32,000 nt of DNA from positions 1,710,001 to 1,742,000 of the forward strand of contig NC_017448.1 of NCBI RefSeq assembly GCF_000146505.1, given 5' to 3'. The notes under the pieces are model-generated. The model made no database searches and had not been told where the DNA came from. It worked only from the letters and a program-made list of their open reading frames with translations. Below are positions 23,623 through 32,000 of the stretch, piece after piece (position 1 is the first letter of the stretch; each line of letters opens with the position of its first letter). The position numbers and the translations under genes were made by a program. This DNA comes from Fibrobacter succinogenes subsp. succinogenes S85 (GTDB taxonomy: Bacteria > Fibrobacterota > Fibrobacteria > Fibrobacterales > Fibrobacteraceae).

Positions 23623-23835
23623 AATAACCTCGTTCTTTCTGTCTATAAGATAGCTTCTGTTCAAGCGTGAAGCACGCACACCGAGAGGAATTTTAAAACC
23701 AACTGTATCAGCCGTATTTTACATATTTTAGACGGAATTTTACATTCAAAAGCATATTTTCCAAAAATTGAACAGATAATATTTCCGTAAGCTTTTTGAA
23801 AGGTCGTTTTCGATTGAAAAGCCTCATTTTATACC

Positions 23836-23864
23836 TTGCCTGCCCCTTTTTTAATATGTATATT
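23836..23864 (+). promoter_or_regulatory. Possible pflB promoter (TTGCCT-17 nt-TATATT)
   Basis: Hexamers at 23836-23841 and 23859-23864, ~125 nt upstream of the pflB ATG. Based on sequence pattern only. Confidence 0.3.
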
Positions 23865-23988
23865 GCGTTTTACAAAAAAAATCGATAGAAAAAAGCACAA
23901 TTTCGGGCCCACCTTTTTCTACAAGGCTTAAAAGTTAAACAACTTTTTAATTGTATTGACAGCCGGGTTCGAGACAAAAGAGGTTACT

Positions 23989-26244
23989 ATGCAGGAAGCA
24001 TGGACAGGCTTTAAAGGCGGTCGCTGGCAGGAAGAAATTAACGTCCGCGACTTTATCCAGAAAAACTATACTCCCTACGATGGCGACAAGTCGTTCTTGC
24101 AGGGACCGACTGAAGCTACGAACAAGCTCTGGGCAGAACTCCAGGAACTACAGAAGAGAGAAATTGCAAAGGGCGGCGTCCTCGACATGGACACAGACGT
24201 CGTCTCCACTCTTACAAGCCACAATGCTGGCTACATTTCCGAAGAAACTAAGGATCTCGAAAAGATCGTAGGTCTCCAGACCGACAAGCCGCTCAAGCGC
24301 GCATTCATGCCGTTCGGTGGCATCAAGATGGCTGAAGAATCTTGCAAGAACTACGGTTACACGCCGAGCGAAGAACTTCACCGCATCTTTACTGAATTCC
24401 ACAAGACTCACAACCAGGGCGTTTTCGACGCCTACACGCCTGCAATGCGTATGGCCCGCAAGGCCCACATCATTACGGGTCTTCCGGATACTTACGGCCG
24501 TGGCCGTATCGTCGGTGACTACCGCCGCGTTGCCCTTTACGGTATCGATTACCTCATCGCCCAGAAGAAGGCCGACAAGGCTCTGACCGATGAAACGGAT
24601 ATGCGCGAACACGTGATCCGCGAACGCGAAGAACTCGCCGAACAGATCAAGGCTCTCGAAGGCATGAAGGTCATGGCCAAGATTTACGGCTACGACATTT
24701 CCAAGCCGGCAACGAACGCACGCGAAGCCGTGCAGTGGCTCTACTTCGGTTACCTCGCTGCCATCAAGACGCAGAACGGTGCCGCCATGAGCGTTGGCCG
24801 CGTTTCGACATTCATCGATATTTACATGACCCGTGACTTGCAGAACGGCGTCATCAACGAAACCGAAGCTCAGGAAATCATCGACCATTTCGTGATGAAG
24901 CTTCGCATGGTCAAGTTCGCCCGTATCACAAGCTACAACGAACTCTTCAGCGGTGACCCGGTGTGGGCTACGCTCGAAGTCGCTGGCCTCGGCCAGGACG
25001 GTCGCCATCAGGTGACCAAGAACGACTACCGCTTCTTGCACACGCTCGTGAACATGGGACCGGCTCCGGAACCGAACCTCACAATCCTCTACAGTCCCCG
25101 CCTCCCGGCAAGCTTCAAGAAGTTCGCTGCAGAAATCTCCGTGAAGACCAGCGCCATCCAGTACGAAAACGATGACACGATGCGCCCGATCTGGGGCGAC
25201 GACTACAGCATCTGCTGCTGCGTTTCTGCAACTCAGACCGGTAAGGAAATGCAGTTCTTCGGCGCTCGTGCAAACCTCGCCAAGACGCTCCTCTACGCCA
25301 TCAACGGCGGTAAGGATGAATGCCTCGTGAAGGGTACGCAGGTTGGCCCGGAATATCCGCCTATCACTAGCGAATACCTCAACTACGATGAAGTCGTCCA
25401 CAAGTTTGAACTCTACATGGATTGGCTCGCTCACTTGTACGTGAACACGCTCAACTTGATCCACTACATGCACGACAAGTACTACTACGAAGCTGCCGAA
25501 ATGGCTCTCATCGATACCAACGTTCGCCGTACGTTTGCAACGGGTATCGCAGGCTTCAGCCACGTTGTCGACTCCCTTTCTGCAATCAAGTACGCCAAGG
25601 TCAAGGTCATCCGCGATCCGGCTACCGGCCTCGCTCAGGACTTCCAGATCGAAGGCGACTTCCCGCGTTATGGAAACGACGACGACCGCGCAGACGATAT
25701 CGCCGTTTGGCTCCTCAAGACGTTCATGTCCAAGATCAAGCAGACGCCGACTTACCGTGACTCTGAACCGACCACTTCCATCCTTACCATCACGAGTAAC
25801 GTTGTTTACGGTAAGGCCACGGGCGCACTCCCGGATGGTCGTAAGCAGGGTGAACCGTTCTCTCCGGGTGCAAGCCCGAGCTACGGTGCCGAAAAGAACG
25901 GCCTCTTGGCATCCCTCAACTCTGTCGCCAAGATTCCGTACGAATACGCTCTCGACGGTATCAGCAACACGCAGACCATCAACCCGGATGCACTCGGCCA
26001 TGACGACGAAGAACGTGCCAACAAGCTCGTGCAGGTTCTCGACGGTTACTTCGGCCAGAGCAGCCACCACTTGAACGTGAACGTATTCGGTGTCGAAAAG
26101 CTCAAGGACGCTATGGAACATCCGGAGAAGGAAGAATACCAGAACTTCACGATCCGCGTTTCTGGCTACGCCGTGCGCTTCATCAAGCTCACTCGCGAAC
26201 AGCAGCTCGACGTGATTGCCCGCCAGGCACACGGCGTTCTCTAA
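23989..26244 (+). CDS. pflB: Formate C-acetyltransferase (pyruvate formate-lyase)
   Basis: Near-colinear with enterobacterial PflB: [29 protein letters not shown], active-site CC in YSICCCVS, glycyl-radical motif RVSGYAVRF. The ORF-track start at 23956 is a TTG, and the ATG at 23989 with an AAGAGG SD is preferred. Confidence 0.95.
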   Translation: MQEAWTGFKGGRWQEEINVRDFIQKNYTPYDGDKSFLQGPTEATNKLWAELQELQKREIAKGGVLDMDTDVVSTLTSHNAGYISEETKDLEKIVGLQTDKPLKRAFMPFGGIKMAEESCKNYGYTPSEELHRIFTEFHKTHNQGVFDAYTPAMRMARKAHIITGLPDTYGRGRIVGDYRRVALYGIDYLIAQKKADKALTDETDMREHVIREREELAEQIKALEGMKVMAKIYGYDISKPATNAREAVQWLYFGYLAAIKTQNGAAMSVGRVSTFIDIYMTRDLQNGVINETEAQEIIDHFVMKLRMVKFARITSYNELFSGDPVWATLEVAGLGQDGRHQVTKNDYRFLHTLVNMGPAPEPNLTILYSPRLPASFKKFAAEISVKTSAIQYENDDTMRPIWGDDYSICCCVSATQTGKEMQFFGARANLAKTLLYAINGGKDECLVKGTQVGPEYPPITSEYLNYDEVVHKFELYMDWLAHLYVNTLNLIHYMHDKYYYEAAEMALIDTNVRRTFATGIAGFSHVVDSLSAIKYAKVKVIRDPATGLAQDFQIEGDFPRYGNDDDRADDIAVWLLKTFMSKIKQTPTYRDSEPTTSILTITSNVVYGKATGALPDGRKQGEPFSPGASPSYGAEKNGLLASLNSVAKIPYEYALDGISNTQTINPDALGHDDEERANKLVQVLDGYFGQSSHHLNVNVFGVEKLKDAMEHPEKEEYQNFTIRVSGYAVRFIKLTREQQLDVIARQAHGVL

Positions 26245-26264
26245 TCGCTTGGAAAAAGCTTAAA

Positions 26265-26291
26265 AAGGTTCCCGAAAGGGGACCTTTTTTT
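26265..26291 (+). terminator. Rho-independent terminator after pflB (A-run upstream, so possibly bidirectional)
   Basis: AAGGTTCCC-gaaa-GGGGACCTT followed by TTTTT. It lies between the convergent pflB and the MBL gene. Confidence 0.7.
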
Positions 26292-26336
26292 GTTATTGGG
26301 GGAATGCCGCAAAGATGCGGCGAAAAGCCGCGAAAA

Positions 26337-27044
26337 CTATGCCACGATGTAATTTTCGTTCTTCTGACGGCGAGCGTAAACGGATTCCAGGAACTGAATC
26401 ACAGAAGTCTTATCGCGCACAAGCCCACGCTTATGGCTCAAGCAAAAACGCGATGCGGAGAGTGTCTTCAACAGCTTAATTTGCTCGCCCAAAATCTGCA
26501 CGTTATAAACGTCAGGAGAGCCATGACCTACCATCGGGTACGTTGCACCACCCAAAAAAACATAATCATCCACAATGAGCGCAAGCGAGCCTTTAGCATG
26601 GCTATTGGGAACCGGCAAAATTTCGATATGCACGACATCGTCAAACAAAAGCGGTGAAGACACTGTAATCTTTTCGTGACCAGCAATTTCGCCAACGACT
26701 TTTGAGGCATGCGAACCAACATAAAGCGTATCAAAATCTAGCGAAATCTCGCCACCGCACATGCGCTGGACATTCAGCAAATGGTCACGATGGAAATGTG
26801 AAATTACGATGTTCTTTTTGAGCGGAACAGTGGCATTTTTGATGCACTCGCTAGTATCAAGATGCGTCGAGCTCTCGGAACTGCACGGCAACGCGTTTAT
26901 AAAATCAACAGCCTCGTCGCAGGCACCCACATCAAAAATCCACCACGCAGAATCGCCACGCACAGCAACAACATCCGCGCTCAGCGGCTCATACGACATT
27001 TGCAAATACCGGATTCTATCTGTCAGTTTCACGATTTTCGTCAT
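26337..27044 (-). CDS. Metallo-beta-lactamase-fold hydrolase
   Basis: HxHxDH motif (ISHFHRDHLL), with further His/Asp positions (VPNSHAKGS, CLSHKRG). Confidence 0.7.
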   Translation of the reverse strand: MTKIVKLTDRIRYLQMSYEPLSADVVAVRGDSAWWIFDVGACDEAVDFINALPCSSESSTHLDTSECIKNATVPLKKNIVISHFHRDHLLNVQRMCGGEISLDFDTLYVGSHASKVVGEIAGHEKITVSSPLLFDDVVHIEILPVPNSHAKGSLALIVDDYVFLGGATYPMVGHGSPDVYNVQILGEQIKLLKTLSASRFCLSHKRGLVRDKTSVIQFLESVYARRQKNENYIVA

Positions 27045-27132
27045 CGAAAGCCAAAGATAGAATTTTCCTCCGATTCTCTGTTCTCATAAACAATAGCGTA
27101 AACACAATTCTCAAAAAAAAATAATTACGACC

Positions 27133-28002
27133 TTATTCCGCACTGACCGCACGCGAATACGGAGCGTCAATAACACGAGCTATTGTATCGCCATCGGCCA
27201 AACTTTCTTTGGTCGTATAAGAAATACACGGCCACAACTTTAAATCCGAATTTTGTGAACTTTTGCAATACGCATCGGCTACACCCGTAATAATTACTTT
27301 ATTTATTTGAACTTTCTTCTCCCCTCTTTTGCACATACTGCAAACGACAACCGTATATGAATTCTCTCTATAAATTGAATCCAGCACGGCCACATTTTCT
27401 TTAACATCATCATTTACCGCAACCATTTCTGTTGTCGTTTTCAGGTCTTGTACAGTGATTAGGCCATCTTTAAAGAGCCCATTTCCGTCAGTTGAAATAT
27501 ATAAGTTGTTTCTATTATTTCGTACAACACGGCCTTCAAAAAGACGCTTGAAATTAAATGTGTATCCAGATATTTTTGAGTCTTCGTGCTCAGAAAACTG
27601 CCATTCTTCATCAACAGAAACAAGCATATACTTATCCGCATACTTGCTAGGCATAATGGTTTTCAATATCCCATTGGCGCACTGTTTTCGATTTGATTCC
27701 AATTCAGAAAGATCAACTTGCACACCTTCCTTTTCAAACAAAATTTCATCGGTACTTAGAACGCGTACATCATACTTTTCACTCAAGAGTGTTTTCATTT
27801 CATTAAAAGTTTCATTACCAGATTCAATGACCGCAACGTTCGATGAAGCAACCCGCGCTGAATTCAAATAATTTTGAGCATCATCACTAAGCACAATCGA
27901 AGACTTATCAGCAGCACCTGCCGAAGACGCAAGTGCATCAGGACCGCTTGAACACGCAGCAAACAAGCCTGCTGCAACCAAAATTTGCAAATAATGTTTC
28001 AT
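27133..28002 (-). CDS. Lipoprotein, unknown function
   Basis: Starts MKHYLQILVAAGLFAAC|SS (lipobox). I use the ATG at 28002 because the ORF-track start is a TTG. I recognise no family. Confidence 0.6.
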   Translation of the reverse strand: MKHYLQILVAAGLFAACSSGPDALASSAGAADKSSIVLSDDAQNYLNSARVASSNVAVIESGNETFNEMKTLLSEKYDVRVLSTDEILFEKEGVQVDLSELESNRKQCANGILKTIMPSKYADKYMLVSVDEEWQFSEHEDSKISGYTFNFKRLFEGRVVRNNRNNLYISTDGNGLFKDGLITVQDLKTTTEMVAVNDDVKENVAVLDSIYRENSYTVVVCSMCKRGEKKVQINKVIITGVADAYCKSSQNSDLKLWPCISYTTKESLADGDTIARVIDAPYSRAVSAE

Positions 28003-28213
28003 TATGTTTTCTTCCAAAATATTTTATACACCATAAAATCTAAAAAAAATCGCAAAATAAAAAAAGATATTTTCTCCGGAAAAAATTACGGATTTACCAA
28101 CCATACGCAACGCATTTTCATCGTTTTGTATCATATAGAACATCTTTCGCTTTTTACAGAACACCGCAAAAAATTCCACGCAAAACGAAAACGCAATTTT
28201 TTATTTTTACAGC

Positions 28214-28990
28214 ATGACTCTCGGAAGAATCAACAAGCTTGAAACGTTCGGATCGGTCGACGGACCGGGAATCCGCTTTGTCGTATTTACGCAGGGTTGC
28301 CCGATGCGCTGCAAGTTCTGCCACAACCCGGAAACGTGGGATTTCGGGACTAAAAGCGCAAACGGAACCGCGAACGGATCGTTCGAAATTTCAGCAGAAG
28401 ACCTGCTGAAAAAAGCCTTGCGCTACAAGCCCTACTGGGGAACTGACGGCGGCATTACAGTAAGCGGCGGCGAACCGCTGGCGCAAATCGACTTCATGAT
28501 TGAATTCTTCGAGGCCGCAAAATCGGCAGGAGTCCACACGTGTGTCGACACGTGCGGCGTCACATTCAGACCCACAGGCGAACCGTTTGCTAAAATCGAA
28601 CGACTGATGAAATCCACCGACCTCTTGCTCGTGGACATTAAGCACATCGACGCTGACGCACACAAGGAACTCACAGGACACGGCAACGAAAACATCATCG
28701 AATTTTTCCGTTACCTCGACCGCATCCAAAAACCCATCTGGATCCGCCACGTGCTCGTGCCTGGCATTAGCGATAACGACGAAGCCCTCACGCGCACCCG
28801 CGACTTCATCCGCACGCTCCACAACGTCAAACGAGTCGAAGTCCTCCCCTACCATGCATTCGCACTAAGCAAGTACAAGGAACTCAAAATCGACTATGCG
28901 CTAAAGGACACGCAATCGCCCACCGCCGAACGTGTCGCCAACGCCAACGAGATTCTCGAAACCGCAAAATACACCGGGTGGAAAGAGTAA
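28214..28990 (+). CDS. pflA: Pyruvate formate-lyase activating enzyme (radical SAM)
   Basis: Contains ETFGSVDGPGIRFVVFTQGCPMRCKFCHNPETW (CxxxCxxC cluster) and the GGITVSGGEPL SAM-binding motif. Confidence 0.9.
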   Translation: MTLGRINKLETFGSVDGPGIRFVVFTQGCPMRCKFCHNPETWDFGTKSANGTANGSFEISAEDLLKKALRYKPYWGTDGGITVSGGEPLAQIDFMIEFFEAAKSAGVHTCVDTCGVTFRPTGEPFAKIERLMKSTDLLLVDIKHIDADAHKELTGHGNENIIEFFRYLDRIQKPIWIRHVLVPGISDNDEALTRTRDFIRTLHNVKRVEVLPYHAFALSKYKELKIDYALKDTQSPTAERVANANEILETAKYTGWKE

Positions 28991-29009
28991 GGAAGGGCAA
29001 ATTCTTTAA

Positions 29010-29327
29010 TCAAGCACAACTAGCTCCACAAAGAATCCCTTCTAGACGCATATTCGGTGATGTCATATTCAAAGACACTTTCTTTTGTTCTGCAAGTTCC
29101 TGCACTATTTCAGGAACATTCTTTAGATATCCGGCATTCGTATCTTGAGAAGACTTAACATTTTCAAGAAATTGGTAGAAACCATCTATCGACATTTCCT
29201 TTACCGCTTGACTATTTGCGTCATAGTTTACAACAAACAGTTGAGGATTACCTGATTCATTCCCTCTAGACGAAGACTCCATTACAGAATAGACAAAATA
29301 GGAATTCGTTCCAGAAATATGAACCAC
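29010..29327 (-). CDS. Hypothetical protein (uncertain gene; GTG start in the track, no clear SD)
   Basis: An open frame of more than 100 codons in AT-rich DNA, where random ORFs of that length are uncommon. The frame stays open up to ~29412. I recognise no family and the start is ambiguous. Confidence 0.3.
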   Translation of the reverse strand: MVHISGTNSYFVYSVMESSSRGNESGNPQLFVVNYDANSQAVKEMSIDGFYQFLENVKSSQDTNAGYLKNVPEIVQELAEQKKVSLNMTSPNMRLEGILCGASCA

Positions 29328-29389
29328 GGAGTTTTCGAAGCGAGATGCATCTTCAAGAGCGTTATTGACAACTTTTGAACCAACGCCGA

Positions 29390-31639
29390 TTATATCCGAC
29401 TGTTTTCCCCATCATTCAATTGTCGTCTAAAAACAGCCTTATTCACAACAGCCCTAACACCAAATGTCCGCCATTCATTCGGAATGTTGAATCTATAGGT
29501 ATCATCAGCCTCTTCATACATAAGGCGCTTACCCCTAACTTCCAAAGCTCGCTTCATAAAAGAAACAAGATTTGGCAAATCCAACTTGGGAATATCATCA
29601 AGGCCACTCAAGTTAAATTTACTAGCGTTAAGTCCCAATTTCGTTGCAGTATCGACAGCCGACTCTCCACCAAATTTTCCAGTAGTCTTATCAAACCACT
29701 TATCTACACTTTGCTTGGCTTCCGCAAAATCCGTTTTTTCCATAACATCCGTAAAAAATTGGCTAGATTGCATGCCAAGCACAATTTGCATCATGTCATC
29801 GGGATCATCCATGCTCTCAGATAACATCTTTTGAATCTGATCAATTTTTTCTTCGAGATATCCCCAAATCTTGGATTCAATATTATCGGGATTGCGCACC
29901 GAAACGACTTCGACATCGTGAGTTTGTCCAAGTCGATGAACACGGCCAACTCGCTGATGAAGTCGCATAGGATTCCAAGGCAAGTCGATATGGATGAGTA
30001 CATGACAATTCTTTTGAAGGTCGATACCTTCACCAGCCGCCTCTGTGGAAATCAAAAAGCGAACTTCACCATTGTTGAATTTTTCGCAAGCATCATTTCT
30101 GGAAATAGAAATGTCACGAGAACATCCATCAGGATAAACTACATCTTTTAAGGATTCATCGCCATTGATTATGGTGACACTATTGTCCCCCCATACCTTC
30201 ATCAATTCTGTCATCATCAGAGATTGCGTTCTTTTATATTCCGTAAATAAAAGAACCTGATCATTCGGATATTTCTCTTTGATAATTTCAACAATGCGGT
30301 TGATCCTTGTTTCTGAGGTAACCTTTGTCGCTTTTTCTAATAATAAATTGATATGGTCTATTTCATTTTCCATCAGTTTCAAAGGTTCAGCAAGAGTCTG
30401 AACACTGATTGTAGCCTCATCATCAAAGCCCTCCCGTTCATCTTCACCATAATTTGATAGGAAATTTTTATACGCAGTAGCTTTCCCTTCCAAAGCTTCC
30501 TTACGATTTTTCAAAGCAGACGATATCGCAGCAATAGAGCTAGATGCAATTTTCTGCAAGCAGCTCAACAACAGACCTACCGCACTTCCAGCATTCCCTA
30601 AGGTTTTAGCATACATATAACCAGCAGATATGAAAGCGGTCATCGCATCATAAAATTCTTTTTCTTCAGGAGAATAAGTAAAAGTATAAGGATGCTGAGT
30701 CATCTTCGTGAAAAGAATTTTTCCCTTCATATCGACAACGTTCTTCTTGTTATTTCTAATAAAATAATCCTTAAGATGAGAATATTGCGATGCTTCGTCT
30801 TTACCGGGTCCAAACACACCAGGAGCCACCAGTGACATTAATGACCAAAAGCCATAATTTTTTCCTCGATGAGGCGTACCTGTAAATAGTAAGCTCGAAA
30901 CAATTTTCCCATTTTCCTGCAACATTTCAAACAGTTTGAACTGAAGAGTCTTGTTCCCCTGTTCTTCTGCATTCATATGATGAGCTTCATCGACAACAAC
31001 CAAATCCCATGCTGGAGCATCACATAAATGGTCAAACCTACCATGACTATCGGCCTGCATAGTCGATGCCGAAGCAACAACAAAAGTCGCACTTGTCCAA
31101 AAATCTGGATTCGTTTTTTCAACTTCCGTTGAATAGGCAAAGAATCCTAGATTGAACATACTTTTCATACGCTCTTGCCATTGTCCGACAAGTTTTGCAG
31201 GAGCAAGAATCAAAATGCGGCGTACCTTCCCAGTACTAAAGAGACTAGTCATAATAAGACCCGCTTCAATAGTCTTTCCCAAGCCAACATCATCCGCAAT
31301 AACATATCCTATAGGCCAACGGCTCAAAACCTGTTTACATACCCACAGTTGATGTGGCAAAAGTTCTATAGACGAACTAGAAAATAGTCCCCAACTGTTA
31401 TTTATAAATTTGACCACTTCACCTTGTATATGGACAAGAGCTTTTTTTTCTATTTCATTATCAACAGAGGCTGACAATTGATCAGAGAATGATGCGACCG
31501 GAGCCAATTCCGAAATGGAGATAAACTTGCCATTTTGACGATCCGAATCAAAACGGACTACAACCTGCGAATCAGTCAATACCGCTTCAATCTTTCCTCT
31601 ACCAAACTCTTTATGAATTACAATATCGCCCTGTTGCAT
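29390..31639 (-). CDS. SNF2-family DEAH ATPase with an N-terminal Tudor-like (PcrA/UvrD/CarD-type) domain
   Basis: ADDVGLGKTIEAG (motif I), VVVDEAHHM (DEAH), LLFTGTPHRG (III), GEGIDLQ (V) and HQRVGRVHRLGQ (VI). The N-terminus GDIVIHKEFGRGKIEAV ... VVVRFDSDRQNGKFISISELAPV resembles the RNAP-binding Tudor fold of PcrA/UvrD. Confidence 0.85.
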   Translation of the reverse strand: MQQGDIVIHKEFGRGKIEAVLTDSQVVVRFDSDRQNGKFISISELAPVASFSDQLSASVDNEIEKKALVHIQGEVVKFINNSWGLFSSSSIELLPHQLWVCKQVLSRWPIGYVIADDVGLGKTIEAGLIMTSLFSTGKVRRILILAPAKLVGQWQERMKSMFNLGFFAYSTEVEKTNPDFWTSATFVVASASTMQADSHGRFDHLCDAPAWDLVVVDEAHHMNAEEQGNKTLQFKLFEMLQENGKIVSSLLFTGTPHRGKNYGFWSLMSLVAPGVFGPGKDEASQYSHLKDYFIRNNKKNVVDMKGKILFTKMTQHPYTFTYSPEEKEFYDAMTAFISAGYMYAKTLGNAGSAVGLLLSCLQKIASSSIAAISSALKNRKEALEGKATAYKNFLSNYGEDEREGFDDEATISVQTLAEPLKLMENEIDHINLLLEKATKVTSETRINRIVEIIKEKYPNDQVLLFTEYKRTQSLMMTELMKVWGDNSVTIINGDESLKDVVYPDGCSRDISISRNDACEKFNNGEVRFLISTEAAGEGIDLQKNCHVLIHIDLPWNPMRLHQRVGRVHRLGQTHDVEVVSVRNPDNIESKIWGYLEEKIDQIQKMLSESMDDPDDMMQIVLGMQSSQFFTDVMEKTDFAEAKQSVDKWFDKTTGKFGGESAVDTATKLGLNASKFNLSGLDDIPKLDLPNLVSFMKRALEVRGKRLMYEEADDTYRFNIPNEWRTFGVRAVVNKAVFRRQLNDGENSRI

Positions 31640-31641
31640 TA

Positions 31642-32000
31642 TTAAAACTCCTTTTCTATAAAAAGTATATCAAATGTATCATCCATAGTATTATGATCAG
31701 GCAACATTTCGCCTATTTTTCTGAATATCCGCACAGAACTTGCATTTTTGCAATCTAAGCCAAGCATTTTGCAGATTTTTTGTCGAGGCATAAAAGTTTG
31801 TAGTTTAATCTGTTCAAGTTTTTCTGGTTCCACGGCATCTTCGCCATCCACCCAGAAACCACTCCTGAGCAATTCTCGAAGTACGAAATGGATGCCCAAT
31901 TTGAACGATCTGTTCATAGTCGCATAATCAATATCCGTACCGGATAATTCTGAATCCATGGAAGGATAAAGAAGTACTGCAATATTTTCAAAATGCTCTC
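31642..32000 (-). CDS. Hypothetical protein, probably 5'-truncated by the window edge
   Basis: Its stop lies 2 nt before the SNF2 ATG, which suggests an operon. The frame remains open upstream of the tracked Met at 31959 to the window end (... EHFENIAVLLYPSMDSELSG ...). I recognise no family. Confidence 0.5.
   Translation of the reverse strand, partial: EHFENIAVLLYPSMDSELSGTDIDYATMNRSFKLGIHFVLRELLRSGFWVDGEDAVEPEKLEQIKLQTFMPRQKICKMLGLDCKNASSVRIFRKIGEMLPDHNTMDDTFDILFIEKEF

Noticed and set aside
23807-23820. TTTTC-gatt-GAAAA palindrome upstream of pflB considered as an FNR/CRP-type site
   Set aside because: The geometry (5-4-5) fits, but the half-sites do not match TTGAT/ATCAA. The position relative to my tentative promoter is also not a standard activator spacing. 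The evidence is too weak to call.
24148-26232. 694-aa minus-strand ORF covering pflB
   Set aside because: The same artefact: a codon-aligned antisense frame of a highly biased gene. It has no SD, no recognisable domain, and the sense strand encodes a near-textbook PflB.

Overview
This looks like a chromosomal segment from a Fibrobacter-like organism (Fibrobacterota). That assignment rests on recognisable protein families, not on a database search. The left 12 kb is an accessory array of paralogous minus-strand operons. Each operon encodes a ~277-aa cytoplasmic putative HTH protein (TIGR02147/DUF4423-like), followed 8-14 nt later by one or two large lipoproteins ending in the Fibrobacter succinogenes major paralogous (FISUMP/TIGR02145-like) domain. 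There are five regulator copies (one cut by the left edge) and four lipoproteins. The operons share a promoter, leader elements, an AT-rich upstream region and a 3' terminator module, while the lipoprotein bodies are divergent and mosaic. A GSCFA-domain gene on the opposite strand interrupts the array. The middle of the window is mostly housekeeping: DEAD-box RNA helicase, membrane GGDEF protein, metQNI methionine ABC transporter, HTH/zinc-ribbon protein, alaS, three small lipoproteins, a circularly permuted Fibrobacter-type GH16 mixed-linkage beta-glucanase, and pflB and pflA separated by two inserted genes. From ~29.0 kb to the right edge the DNA becomes visibly AT-richer. It encodes an SNF2-family ATPase with an N-terminal Tudor-like domain, flanked by two unknown ORFs, and may be an acquired island. 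I saw no rRNA, tRNA, CRISPR array, transposase or integrase. The best candidate for an undescribed system is the regulator-lipoprotein cassette array and its conserved cis elements. All family assignments are from motif recognition by eye and need HMM or BLAST confirmation.
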